Positions 37,101 through 46,373 are shown, numbered from the stretch's first letter. The stretch is DNA of 64,000 nucleotides from a virus (IMGVR_UViG_3300027804_000045:32001-96000), one strand, 5' to 3'. The notes: generated by a model not told the origin, from the letters alone. Numbers and translations: made by a program.

Positions 37101-37750
37101 TTAGGTGTATCCGTACGTACAGGTTCCAATGCACCTGTCTGTGGATTTACTCTTGCTCTTGGTTTATCTGTAACAGGTTTATCTGTTGCTTGTGCAGCTT
37201 TTGCTGCTGCTCTTTGTTCGCGCTTACGTATAGCGTCAGGAGTTTGACTTAACTGACGACCTGACGTTTTTTCAGGTTGTGCTGCTTGTTGAGCTGGTTG
37301 ATTAGTGCCTTTTAATTTATCAATACCAAACGCTTGATCAACCTTTTGTCTAAATTCTGGATCATCAATATATTTTTGTATTTGATCACCTAAAATTGCG
37401 CCTAATGGTCCGCCGGCAAGTCCTCCAGCAATTTTACCTTTCCAACGCGCTTCTTCTAATTGTCCTTGCATTGCTAGGAAATCTTCATACATTTTAGTAG
37501 CTAGATTAACAAGATCGCTTGTATCAATTTCGGGATAGTTTGTTTTGATATTATTTTGATTTGCAGCTAACCATTTTGTTGCCTGACCTATCCATTCTTC
37601 AGCAGACAAATCAAAGTCTTGAACCATTGGTGTCATGATATAACGCTTTAATAGCATTTTTTCAGCAGCACTACCTTTTGGATTTTGACGTACAATATTT
37701 TGTATTTGGCGTGACGCTGCTTTATCTAAACCTTCAAAAATTTTACTCAT
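34193..37750 (-). CDS. large modular virion (head/ejection) polyprotein with permuted LysM and muramidase-like domain
   Basis: Repeated (L/V/I)xE junctions, ELSPxT repeats, DPNLIYIGQ/VQKGDTLS, RNNPGNLR...KYAP. Confidence 0.75.
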   Translation of the reverse strand: MSKIFEGLDKAASRQIQNIVRQNPKGSAAEKMLLKRYIMTPMVQDFDLSAEEWIGQATKWLAANQNNIKTNYPEIDTSDLVNLATKMYEDFLAMQGQLEEARWKGKIAGGLAGGPLGAILGDQIQKYIDDPEFRQKVDQAFGIDKLKGTNQPAQQAAQPEKTSGRQLSQTPDAIRKREQRAAAKAAQATDKPVTDKPRARVNPQTGALEPVRTDTPKTTKPKTTRTPSVAAAPAAPPQSLGAQIGKKGYEPDMRWWKNLPDNSKWADDVAKSPLVPKKVKAALAALGVVGGAAAGLVKGTDPRDKTTAPAQTSSAPPPPPPPPSGGGPTSSASNNPPPPSPDKDTVDITTAPPSSDTSIMTPPPVAVPDEQDSDILGAPGADTSEPNGPIDRNRSTDVAIPQRPRKIEYSQPEMPFENTDAVAVPQPSSGAIKKAAKTIGKGVLPAATLLTVQDDYKDFQKRLGNKDYAGAALRGVATTTGLVPHFGAQAASLGAEAALAAYDNPQAVKDYFKNYKPTSSIGRGIKEGYSAGAVGGFGLGEELDEAGGRLGAVNTVAQLFKSIMRGGDPVDMDIQQRQMNALMRKYNIDYKDIGVKKPAAQTSRQAASPDMKPGQYKTWDQTLPSFDDMPKAGQYQKWMPPEIEETINTPGGMGQAYRKIKLKPDEMDEGISSAIKGGTKRIATMRKYFAGDETAKDPTDSSIQRAWFADPKNQYQIQRPSQPAKTSKTTLMTPEDEMINELSPETLASYKKKAGTEASAADKEGDFQKGNKRFSGINRATRLQFKQDAKKGKAEKVNELSPKTINAFLDKASAAVRGGRPEPAKINPITKQTAPPGWKVAAGKVAKPGTAMDHYAKVKAIEPKVPVKEYDANLIKQIAAANKIKDPNLIYIGQKIRLPSGDTYVVQKGDTLSDIIYNRPTQSEPIIAPVAPVASIPKVEPKISNRYPDSGRSSGSTFVDPRNNPGNLRGTDALRRPGYVLDKAVGFDKNGFAIFANPEDGKEAMRRQLALDALKRGLTGRQLIHKYAPPVDNNDTNTYIKNTFGELGLDPDSKISAKDLDSIQRLMVRQEHGKEGMKHYFPDVPTNNIIAQVNEMEILQKFLDRNADKNKQDKPVPNPNAVYKKPGAPKSAPYDISQPEEPVEVPGHYLERDRPKLDAEVQKRMQQLQPQKTKESSILKGIKGR

Positions 37751-38112
37751 TTGCTATCTCTCTTACTTTTTGTAGCAACATTCTTTGCTTTGCCACTACG
37801 TTCTGGATTAGGATCTTCTCTGCGCTTACGTGCTGCTGCGCTGGCGCGACCTTTTTTTCCTAGACTATGTGCTTTGCTCTGTGGTAAGCACTTAGGCTTA
37901 CCCTCGCTATTACTACCTCTAGCACATGCTCCGCGAATCTTTCCATCTGGTCCAAAACGAACCCACTTCTCTTTGAACCACTTGCGTAAATCTTCTTCTA
38001 ATTCTTGTTCAGATACTTTAACACAATTTGGAACCATACGACCACCTTTAGGCTTCATGCCTTTCTGTGTGTATCCTTTCCAACATGCTTCTAGTATCTG
38101 GCGATATCTCAT
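37747..38112 (-). CDS. putative capsid-targeted basic two-module protein
   Basis: MRYRQILEA; CWKGY...VPNCVK and EDLRKWFKEKWV...PKCLP modules. Confidence 0.75.
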   Translation of the reverse strand: MRYRQILEACWKGYTQKGMKPKGGRMVPNCVKVSEQELEEDLRKWFKEKWVRFGPDGKIRGACARGSNSEGKPKCLPQSKAHSLGKKGRASAAARKRREDPNPERSGKAKNVATKSKRDSK

Positions 38113-39515
38113 TTTTTGCTCTTGTTGCCCCAGTTCTTTGCGCCTTTCTTACGGCATTTAACTAACGCACCGCTAGCATATGCTGATGGCCATACTTTGT
38201 AGCGGCTCTTGACTTTATGATAGCAAGCATCTTTGGCTTCAGCGATACTTTCTTCACTGTAAGAAGGTCCGCCGCACTCGACACATCTTTCTTCCTTAAC
38301 ATCTATATTATCAGTTGGACTACGTGAATAACTAAATTCTTTGCCCTTATTCCAATCTTTTTGCCTCATAGTGCTGACAGCTTTTTCTGCTGCTTGTAGA
38401 GTATTAAATGTGTATGGTTCTTTGTTTTTATCTTTTACAATTTTTCCATTTATGCGAACATACCAAGGACCTTGATTATATTTTCTTGCGCGTTCCTCTT
38501 CACCGGCTAATTCTGCATCCATTTCTCTTCTTTTGAAATCTCTTCTTTCTTGATCCATCGCCGATTGTTCACGGCGTTCATAGTCAAGTGGATTATAAGG
38601 TCTTGATTCTTCAAAATTGCTCATGCCACCTGCCAACACTCCAGCACTTTCTTTTTGTATTTTGTCTGATGCCGCTTTACCTGCCGCACCAGCTCCGGCT
38701 GCTGCACCTACTTTTGTTGCTGTCTTGATATTCTTGACGTTTTGATTAGTTTGATTTGCTATAGCGCGTTGTACTTCTACTGTTTTAGGTAAATCTCCTA
38801 TTTGTTTTTTTGCCGCTGCATGTGCTAGTTTACCTACAACATTTGCTAAACCTTCCGCAGCGTAATCATGTTCTAAACTATCGGCTACGCTGTTTAGATA
38901 GTCAGAAGCTAATGTGATGTATGATTGCTGCCAGCCCATCAAGCCTTCATCTTCTGTGCGGTTTTCTATCATCTTATAGATACGCATAGCGTCTTTAGCA
39001 GCAGCATATAAATCACTACGCGCCATCTCTACTTCATGGTCACGGCGATCTGCCTTATGCGGAATGAAACTTGTATCTTTCATACGGCGCATGCCTGGGA
39101 CTACGATTAAATCATCTTCCTTTAATTCATCTTCCTTAATAGGCTCGTCTAATTGTTTAGCAGCATTTTTATCTGTGTACCCAGTATCGTGCCATGCTTT
39201 AGAACCTGTTTTAGTGCTAGGTGCTGGTTTAGGTGCAGATGTTGGTTTGGGCGCAGCCGCTGTATTTGATTTAGTAAAAAATTCTTTAGTTTTATTATAT
39301 ACTTTTTGAAATTCGTCAGCATCCATATGCTTAAGGTTATAGGCAAGTGCCTTCATAGCACCTTCGCTGATTTGATTAGCGAACTTCTTTTTATTCTTTT
39401 TAACAGGCGGACTTTTAGGTGGTTTTTCAACCCTTGTTTCAATTTCACCTAGTGGTTTCGCTACTGTTGCGATAGAACCTGCGACAGTACTTTCAAAAAT
39501 ATCATTAACTTTCAT
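38109..39515 (-). CDS. modular virion polyprotein
   Basis: MKVNDIFES; DHEVEMARSDL module; KDACYHKVKSRYKVWPSAYASG (DUF5872-like) module. Confidence 0.75.
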   Translation of the reverse strand: MKVNDIFESTVAGSIATVAKPLGEIETRVEKPPKSPPVKKNKKKFANQISEGAMKALAYNLKHMDADEFQKVYNKTKEFFTKSNTAAAPKPTSAPKPAPSTKTGSKAWHDTGYTDKNAAKQLDEPIKEDELKEDDLIVVPGMRRMKDTSFIPHKADRRDHEVEMARSDLYAAAKDAMRIYKMIENRTEDEGLMGWQQSYITLASDYLNSVADSLEHDYAAEGLANVVGKLAHAAAKKQIGDLPKTVEVQRAIANQTNQNVKNIKTATKVGAAAGAGAAGKAASDKIQKESAGVLAGGMSNFEESRPYNPLDYERREQSAMDQERRDFKRREMDAELAGEEERARKYNQGPWYVRINGKIVKDKNKEPYTFNTLQAAEKAVSTMRQKDWNKGKEFSYSRSPTDNIDVKEERCVECGGPSYSEESIAEAKDACYHKVKSRYKVWPSAYASGALVKCRKKGAKNWGNKSKK

Positions 39516-39538
39516 ATAGATAATCCGCAATAATATAG

Positions 39539-39545
39539 TATTTAT
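39539..39545 (-). promoter_or_regulatory. late-type promoter
   Basis: GATAAATAC just after the upstream terminator. Confidence 0.65.
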
Positions 39546-39570
39546 CTATAATTCGGATATATGTTGCACA

Positions 39571-39600
39571 AAAGAAAAAGCCCCTTTCGGGGCTCTCTCT
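39571..39600 (-). terminator. intrinsic terminator
   Basis: AGCCCC-gaaa-GGGGCT then TTTTCTTT. Confidence 0.85.
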
Positions 39601-39601
39601 G

Positions 39602-40471
39602 TTACTTGCCCTCTTGGGCTTTCTTTGCTTCTTGATCCTTGACGTACATCGGGCCGATGTTATCAAGTAGATACTGCTGATTCTCCATGCAAAATACATA
39701 AGAACCGCTATGACGCAATAGAACTCGCTTGTCAACCCAGATACGGCCACCAAGATCGCGCCAGTTCTCACAGAAAGTCCAATCTTCAGAATAGTAACGA
39801 TTCTGACGAACGGCTGTGTCGAAATAAGTCTTGAGGTACTTGTCGTACTTAGGATCAAGACCGATATCGTTCTTGTACTGCTTGACAGCAGGGTGATTAT
39901 TCATCTTTTCAAATACATGCTTCTTCATCAATAAGAAGCCTGTGCCTGCCTTGCTAACTTCTTGTAGACCGTCTGGGCCTTCTTCTGCACCATCAAATCC
40001 ATTGACTACCCACTTGATGGGCATAGTCTTCATGGGGTACAGACCACCAATCACATCTACATTTCTATTCAATAAAACTAGCAAGTGCCATGGTTCCCAG
40101 CCAATGTCAGCATCGACAAAGAACAGGTGAGTAGCGTCTGGCATATCAAGGAACTTAGCAGTAAGTGTATTACGTGCGCGGCTAATAAGTGACTCATTAA
40201 CCATAGTTTCTAGCGTCCAGTCGATACCCAACTGACGGGCGGTATTCGCCCACTTGATGAAACTCATAAATGTTGATTCAGTCAACATACCACCATAGCA
40301 GGGCATAGCAATATGTACTCTAGTAGTACGTAGGAAATCTACGTTTACTTGTACTTGATTCTGTCCTGGTACAGTTGGTTCTTGATTTTGAGCAGCTTGC
40401 TGCTCAACAATCTCTTGTACCTTTTCTACAGGTACTGTCTTCTCTTCGTTCTTTTGTTTTTTAGTGGCCAT
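39602..40471 (-). CDS. GT-A-like glycosyltransferase-fold protein
   Basis: AMPCYGG, ESLISRARN, FVDAD, GTGFLL, SEDWTFC, H.G. Confidence 0.75.
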   Translation of the reverse strand: MATKKQKNEEKTVPVEKVQEIVEQQAAQNQEPTVPGQNQVQVNVDFLRTTRVHIAMPCYGGMLTESTFMSFIKWANTARQLGIDWTLETMVNESLISRARNTLTAKFLDMPDATHLFFVDADIGWEPWHLLVLLNRNVDVIGGLYPMKTMPIKWVVNGFDGAEEGPDGLQEVSKAGTGFLLMKKHVFEKMNNHPAVKQYKNDIGLDPKYDKYLKTYFDTAVRQNRYYSEDWTFCENWRDLGGRIWVDKRVLLRHSGSYVFCMENQQYLLDNIGPMYVKDQEAKKAQEGK

Positions 40472-40520
40472 ATATCCTCTCAAAATGTATGAATATTTAC
40501 ATCATGAGAGGGGTGTGAAA

Positions 40521-41216
40521 TTATTTTTCTGGTAGATAATCTAGGCTTTCTGTTTTAGGCTTTTTACCAGCTTTTTTCATATTGATTGCTGTAGCAGCTT
40601 GTTGCGCTGGATTTGCCGCCTCATCAACTGTTTCTGTGCCCATGCCTGCGTCCAGTAATTTTACAACGTTAGTTGCTAATTTAGGATTACTCTGAGTAGC
40701 AGGATACAAACTCATAACCATTGCTGTTTTTTGTCGCATATTTAAAGTAGGCCAGTTGTCTCTAATTTCTGTCGCACTTTTAATTCCTGGACCAAAAGTT
40801 ATGGTTGGTAAATATGTGATATATGCTTGTTTTCCGTAAGGTTTTACATTTTTTCCAGTATAAGGTTGAAAGTAACTAGGTGTGCCATCTTTTTTTGTTC
40901 CACCTGGTTTAGGTTCTTCTAACCTATCTTTTTCGCTGCGCACAAAAATAAGTACATCTTCATTAGGATTGAAATGATCAGTGATTTCTTTTGGTCTAAA
41001 AGGACTTTTTACCTGTATAAAATGACTAGGATCTACACCGGCAACTCTTGCCAGTTTCTCTTTAATATTAAATGGAAACGGTCTTTCTTTTTGATCGTTA
41101 GTCGCAGCTACAAACACTTCAGCATCTGGAAATTGTTCTTTTGCGGCCTGGTAAAGGCTGTAATGCCCTGCATGAAAAGGATGAAAACCACCTGGCATTA
41201 CAACAATCTGTTTCAT
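40521..41216 (-). CDS. HIGH-family nucleotidyltransferase with appended basic peptide
   Basis: PGGFHPFHAGH, SATEIR; tail VDE-AANPAQQAA.AI.MKKAGKKPK. Confidence 0.75.
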   Translation of the reverse strand: MKQIVVMPGGFHPFHAGHYSLYQAAKEQFPDAEVFVAATNDQKERPFPFNIKEKLARVAGVDPSHFIQVKSPFRPKEITDHFNPNEDVLIFVRSEKDRLEEPKPGGTKKDGTPSYFQPYTGKNVKPYGKQAYITYLPTITFGPGIKSATEIRDNWPTLNMRQKTAMVMSLYPATQSNPKLATNVVKLLDAGMGTETVDEAANPAQQAATAINMKKAGKKPKTESLDYLPEK

Positions 41217-41217
41217 A

Positions 41218-41604
41218 TCAATAACTCAATTTCACAAAGCTTACAACGCCGCCGGCAAAATCAACGATCTTGGCGCGTAGATAGACGAAATTACCTTCTA
41301 CATTAGTATAGATGCTTGCATTGCTGCTATCGTATGGTTCAGTACCTGAGCCGGCGTTAGCATTTGCTACCAACTCATATACTTTAAACCATTCAGCATT
41401 TGAACTATTACTATTTAAACTTGCCTCGATAACAATATTACCGGTGCAATTTGCTAATTTGATGTTAACTGTTTGTAAATCCTGATTACCTAGGTAATAT
41501 GCGGCAGCAGGTTGAGCATTACCAGTCACAGTATAGACGTTTGCTGTACCGCCACCATTATAGGTAGTTTGCGGTAATAATTCTAGTATAGTAACCTGAC
41601 TCAT
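41218..41604 (-). CDS. hypothetical beta-sandwich (likely virion) protein
   Basis: AAAYY, IEASL, GNFVYLRAK. Confidence 0.7.
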   Translation of the reverse strand: MSQVTILELLPQTTYNGGGTANVYTVTGNAQPAAAYYLGNQDLQTVNIKLANCTGNIVIEASLNSNSSNAEWFKVYELVANANAGSGTEPYDSSNASIYTNVEGNFVYLRAKIVDFAGGVVSFVKLSY

Positions 41605-41771
41605 TAGGCTTTCATCGCCTCAACGACGATGCCCTCACCCGCAAGTTCTTGAGCGACTTGTTCTAGGGCCGCTAATGTTTCTTGATTTGCTATAGTTGCG
41701 CTTTCTTTTTCGTTGTCTTTTACGATTTTACTGAACTTGATGACAACGACATCCTCTACAATTTTAGCCAT
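41604..41771 (-). CDS. hypothetical protein, 55 aa (not in ORF track)
   Basis: MAKIVEDVVVIKFSKIVKD...LEQVAQEL..; GGAG RBS; ATAAATA at 41794-41800. Confidence 0.75.
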   Translation of the reverse strand: MAKIVEDVVVIKFSKIVKDNEKESATIANQETLAALEQVAQELAGEGIVVEAMKA

Positions 41772-41805
41772 AAATACTCCATAATTACTAGAGTATTTAT
41801 CTGTT

Positions 41806-42495
41806 TTACGGGCGTTTAGCTAAACTATATGTTTTACCGATCATGTTTGGGAAAAGCATATGTAAAATAGTTACCATGCTTTCATCGTTGTAATCTATAT
41901 AATAACTGCTGTGCAAATATATAAATCTTGTGTAATTTTTCCTACGATTATGGGCTAAAGATTGCAATCCGCGACTTACATTTGCTTTGGGATATCTACT
42001 ACAAAACTCAATCACATTAGTAAAAAAATCGTCAGGACAACGTTTTCCCTTAAAAAAAGTCCTAAATTTGTACTTAGGTTCTTTGCTAAAATAGATAGTA
42101 TCCGATGCCAACACTTTAGCCTCAAAAAATCTAACATTGGTATCAATACATTGTAGGGTTTGTAAAAGGTCTAAACTATTACTGAAAAAACTTACTGTAT
42201 CACCCTGTATACGTAACATGCATTTTTCTTTATCGACTGTATTACGCCAAACAAGAAATTGACTGATTTGGTTTACATTGACTTCTTCCCAATATTCTGT
42301 CCAGTCATTATCTAAAACTCTTACTCCATACTTGTTATTTCTTGCATCGCGCAATTTTTCCATACGTGCTATAAAAGTTTCTAAATCAGGTGTATAATAA
42401 GTATAGGCAGCCCCTTGTATAAAGCAAGTAGCTTTATATTGAAATTTATTGAAGTAAAGTCTATTTTTAATCTCTATAGCAGGAATCGTAGTCAT
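41806..42495 (-). CDS. hypothetical protein
   Basis: RLYFNKFQYK start; full-length ORF in operon. Confidence 0.75.
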   Translation of the reverse strand: MTTIPAIEIKNRLYFNKFQYKATCFIQGAAYTYYTPDLETFIARMEKLRDARNNKYGVRVLDNDWTEYWEEVNVNQISQFLVWRNTVDKEKCMLRIQGDTVSFFSNSLDLLQTLQCIDTNVRFFEAKVLASDTIYFSKEPKYKFRTFFKGKRCPDDFFTNVIEFCSRYPKANVSRGLQSLAHNRRKNYTRFIYLHSSYYIDYNDESMVTILHMLFPNMIGKTYSLAKRP

Positions 42496-42503
42496 TTTAT
42501 TTG

Positions 42504-44765
42504 TCAGCCTTCTACTTGTATGATTCCGTCGTCGCCCACTTTGGCTGTAACTTTATTTGAAACCACAAACTCAATCTTATTATCAACAAGATTTGCCATG
42601 ATATTTGCATTTTTGATTTGTTCAAACAATACCTTTTTACTCAATGGTACGCGAATCAATTCATCAATCTTACGTGCTAGAGGACGTGCGCCCATCTTGT
42701 TATCATAACCTTTCTCAGCAAGATATTCAACAACAGGCTCAGCTAAGTTTAGCGTGATGTTATGTTTTTCAAGCAAGAGTTTCTTGACATCTTCTGTAAA
42801 CTTGACAACAATCTTCTTAATCGAAAGCATGTCCAACTTCTTGAACTTGCAAATTTTATCAAGACGATTTCTGAATTCAGGCTTGAAGAAATCCTTCAAT
42901 GCCTTATCATCTTCACCGGTCTTAGCCAACTCACCGAAACCGATATTATTACGTTCACCATCAGCACTACCAAGATTGCTAGTGAGAATAATGATTGAAT
43001 TCTTACAAGACACTTCCTTACCATTGCTACCGGTCACTCGACCTTCATCAAGTATCTGCAAGAAGATGTTGAAGATATCTGGATGTGCCTTTTCGACTTC
43101 ATCGAACAACATCACGCTATGTGGGTTCTTACTCAAATCACTGATCAAGCGACCACCTTGCACTTGGCTGTCGCCGAAACCAACATAACCGGGAGGGGGA
43201 CCGATCAATGAACTTACAGAGTGCTTCTCGCTATATTCACTCATGTCATACTTGAGCAAAGGCATTTCAAGATTTTTACTCAATAACTTTGCTAGTTCGG
43301 TCTTGCCAGTACCCGTTGGACCAAGGAACAAAAAGCTCGCAATGGGTTTTGTTTCATTGTTGATTCCGGCGAAACTGACATAAACTCTATCTAGTACTTC
43401 GCTGACTGCCTCATCTTGTCCATACAATTTATCTTTGACGTTACTTTCAAGATTATTAATCTTGTCGAAATTGTCGCCGTTAAGCTTATCAGCAGGCACT
43501 CCAGTATATTTTTCAACCTGTTCGTAAATTAATTCCTTTGTGATTTCAGCATTTTTGTTTTCTAATACACGTTGCTTGGCACAGGCTGCATCAAGCAGGT
43601 CGATGCTCTTGTCAGGATTTTTACGATCATGTATATAGCGGTCAGCATTTTCTACCGAGGCTTTAATGGCTTCATCAGTAATTTTTACGCTATGGAAATC
43701 ATTGAGTCTATCTCGCAAACCATTAAGGATGCGAATCGTTGTGTCGTGGCTTGGTTCATCAACCGCTACTCTAAAGAATCGTCGCATCAATGCGCGATCC
43801 TTTTCGAAACTCTCATAGAATTCTTCCCAAGTAGTTGAAGCAATTACCTTGAGCGTACCCTTAGTGATTGCGGGTTTTATCATATTTGCAAAATCTATGC
43901 TACCATTGTTGCTGCTACCAGCACCGCTCATAGTATGTGCTTCGTCTATGAAAAGAATTGCCTTCTTCTTTGTGTTGAGTGCTTCGATAACCTGCTTTAC
44001 CTTTTCTTCAAAGTCACCGCGATATCTACTACCCGCTAAGAGGCTTCCAATCTCAAGGCTATATAATGCATGATCCTGTAAAAATTCTGGAACTTCTTCA
44101 TTAACGATGGCTCTTGCTATACCTTCAGCGATAGCAGTCTTACCAACGCCGGGATCACCTACCATCAATACGTTGCTCTTGAAACGCTTGGCAAGCACAT
44201 TGATGATGTCATCAATCTCTTTATGACGACCGATAACAGGTTCTAACTTATCCTGTCTAGCAAGGTCTGTAAGATTAGTAGTAAACTGTTCAAGAATTTC
44301 TTCTGCTTGTGTATCAGTTAAATTACTGAATTCGCCGCCCTTATAATGACGCTGCCAATAAGCCAAAAATTCTTGTTTATTCACACCATACTTTAACAAG
44401 AAATAATGTGCATGTGTATTACCTTCGCTGATAATACTTAAGTAGAGATCGACCGTAGTCACTTGTCTACGACCAGTAAATAATACCTGTGTGACACTAC
44501 GATTCATCACACGTTCAAGGGCGTTAGTTTTTCTAGGAGTCTCATTATCAGAGCGTTCAATACTTGTTAAACTCTGTAGGTAGGCACGAATCTCGTCAAT
44601 CATCAAATCTGTCTCACATCCAAAACCATTCAAGCATTTCTTGAATGGGGCAAATGTGATAAGACCAAGCAATAAATGCTCAATGGTCACATACTCATGC
44701 TTAAATTCCTTAGCATAAGAAATAGATTGTTCGATGATGTTTTCGATTTCGGGTGAATTATTCAT
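42504..44765 (-). CDS. clpA: Clp ATPase (ClpA-type, two AAA+ modules)
   Basis: EHLLL, GDPGVGKT, FIDEAH, GPTGTGKTE, DMSEY, IGF loop, MGARPL. Confidence 0.95.
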   Translation of the reverse strand: MNNSPEIENIIEQSISYAKEFKHEYVTIEHLLLGLITFAPFKKCLNGFGCETDLMIDEIRAYLQSLTSIERSDNETPRKTNALERVMNRSVTQVLFTGRRQVTTVDLYLSIISEGNTHAHYFLLKYGVNKQEFLAYWQRHYKGGEFSNLTDTQAEEILEQFTTNLTDLARQDKLEPVIGRHKEIDDIINVLAKRFKSNVLMVGDPGVGKTAIAEGIARAIVNEEVPEFLQDHALYSLEIGSLLAGSRYRGDFEEKVKQVIEALNTKKKAILFIDEAHTMSGAGSSNNGSIDFANMIKPAITKGTLKVIASTTWEEFYESFEKDRALMRRFFRVAVDEPSHDTTIRILNGLRDRLNDFHSVKITDEAIKASVENADRYIHDRKNPDKSIDLLDAACAKQRVLENKNAEITKELIYEQVEKYTGVPADKLNGDNFDKINNLESNVKDKLYGQDEAVSEVLDRVYVSFAGINNETKPIASFLFLGPTGTGKTELAKLLSKNLEMPLLKYDMSEYSEKHSVSSLIGPPPGYVGFGDSQVQGGRLISDLSKNPHSVMLFDEVEKAHPDIFNIFLQILDEGRVTGSNGKEVSCKNSIIILTSNLGSADGERNNIGFGELAKTGEDDKALKDFFKPEFRNRLDKICKFKKLDMLSIKKIVVKFTEDVKKLLLEKHNITLNLAEPVVEYLAEKGYDNKMGARPLARKIDELIRVPLSKKVLFEQIKNANIMANLVDNKIEFVVSNKVTAKVGDDGIIQVEG

Positions 44766-44782
44766 AAGCCTCTTTAAAATAT

Positions 44783-45565
44783 TTATTGTATGCGATTTCG
44801 CAATATAGTATCAACAATTTCACTATTAATGTTATCAGGAATAAAGGGTTTTAGCAAGATATATTGGTCTCCAAACATATTACTATTAGGTATCGGCATG
44901 CCTTGTCCTGCTAATTTTACTTGCATGTAAGGTTGAGTTTTTGGTTTAATTGTTACAGCTAATTTTTTACCCGATATTGTCGTAAATTCTAAGTTAGTAC
45001 CTACGATCAAATCGAATACGTCTATACTGTGATTACAAAATAAATCCTGGCCCCTTCGCTCAAATCTTAAATCGGGCATGACATTAAATTCAATCATAAG
45101 GGACGCACTATCTAATACATTGTCATAACGCAATTGATCTCCCGAATTTACGCCTTTAGGGACTTTGATATCAATTATCTTTTTTTCACTATTAGTATTC
45201 AATTCTAGAATTTTATTTGTCCCGTTATATGCTTCTAGTAATGAGACAATCACTTGTGTACGGTATACTTGTCTTTGCGGGCGTTGTCCAAAATTTTGAT
45301 TAAACATCTGCCCAAATATATCATTGATATCTAACCCATTGACATTCATCCTGAATCCACCAGGAAAGCCTTGAGGCTGAGGGTTATCATACATTGATCT
45401 TTTTTGTGGGTCGCTCAATGTATCGTATGCAGTTTGGATTTCTTGGAATTTATTGGTATCGCCGCCCTTGTCAGGGTGATGCTGACTGGCTAATTTGCGG
45501 TAGGCTTTCTTTATCTCATCAGATGTAGCGTTTTTTGCAACACCCAACGTTGCGTAATGGTCCAT
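44783..45565 (-). CDS. dnaJ: DnaJ-class co-chaperone (no Zn finger)
   Basis: J domain with HPD, C-terminal GQGMP. Confidence 0.92.
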   Translation of the reverse strand: MDHYATLGVAKNATSDEIKKAYRKLASQHHPDKGGDTNKFQEIQTAYDTLSDPQKRSMYDNPQPQGFPGGFRMNVNGLDINDIFGQMFNQNFGQRPQRQVYRTQVIVSLLEAYNGTNKILELNTNSEKKIIDIKVPKGVNSGDQLRYDNVLDSASLMIEFNVMPDLRFERRGQDLFCNHSIDVFDLIVGTNLEFTTISGKKLAVTIKPKTQPYMQVKLAGQGMPIPNSNMFGDQYILLKPFIPDNINSEIVDTILRNRIQ

Positions 45566-45570
45566 GCTTT

Positions 45571-45599
45571 ATTATAACAGAATTACTTCTTAGGTGCAA
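45571..45599 (-). promoter_or_regulatory. sigma70-type promoter, leaderless
   Basis: TTGCAC-17-TATAAT-5nt-ATG with TG extension. Confidence 0.75.
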
Positions 45600-45819
45600 A
45601 TTTTTCCAAACCAGTAAAGCCCAAACCTGCAACTACGATCCACATCATTGCATCAAATAAATTTGCACTAACATTATAATTGGAAAAAAGATCAACAAAA
45701 AATGCTACTACGCAACAAATGAATGCTAAAAATGCTACGACTCTTTTACTTGATAGACATTCAGCATCATGGCTATCGGCTAGCATACCTTTCAAATTTT
45801 TAACAATAGTTTCAAGCAT
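45583..45819 (-). CDS. small two-TM protein (holin-like)
   Basis: SSKR followed by two TM helices, ends EKF. Confidence 0.6.
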   Translation of the reverse strand: MLETIVKNLKGMLADSHDAECLSSKRVVAFLAFICCVVAFFVDLFSNYNVSANLFDAMMWIVVAGLGFTGLEKFAPKK

Positions 45820-45820
45820 T

Positions 45821-46363
45821 TTATAAACCTGCATTAGTTATAAATTTTCTTATTTCATCATCAATTTCGTGTACTTTTTTGTTATGTAATCCTGCGATCT
45901 GTCTCATTTCATTTAATTCTTCTTCACTACCTTTTTCTATTTTATATTGGCTAGGATTAGTAATAATCACTTGCTTTAAAATATCTAAATTAGCGTCATG
46001 CGTGTGATCGTCTACTTTAACTTCCCAATCTTTCAAATCTAAATCTGTTAATGTTTCTAAATCTTTTAGAATTTCTATGATTTTATTTGGTACATTTGAT
46101 CTGCGCTTCATCTCAACAAATACTAACCACTTGCCCGGTTCTAGTTCGCCTTCACTAACGCTAGCATCTAAAATGAAATCATAACCTAATTCTAACCAAC
46201 TTACTAAATCGTCAGCAGCTAAATGGCTTGATACAATAAAACTTAGTGTGACGACATCACTATCATCACCCATTCTTGCAGCGTACTCGTCTACTGATAT
46301 TAAAGGATCTATCATATTTTTCATATCATGATAATCCAATCCTTCATTTAATTGCTGATTCAT
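45821..46363 (-). CDS. hypothetical jumbo-phage protein
   Basis: SVDEY...MG.D, GYDFILDA.VS.GE, VFVE. Confidence 0.75.
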   Translation of the reverse strand: MNQQLNEGLDYHDMKNMIDPLISVDEYAARMGDDSDVVTLSFIVSSHLAADDLVSWLELGYDFILDASVSEGELEPGKWLVFVEMKRRSNVPNKIIEILKDLETLTDLDLKDWEVKVDDHTHDANLDILKQVIITNPSQYKIEKGSEEELNEMRQIAGLHNKKVHEIDDEIRKFITNAGL

Positions 46364-46373
46364 TTTTATACCT

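Noticed and set aside
39505-39858. 117-aa minus-strand ORF
   Set aside because: Out-of-frame overlap with the GT-A gene and spans its terminator and the next promoter.
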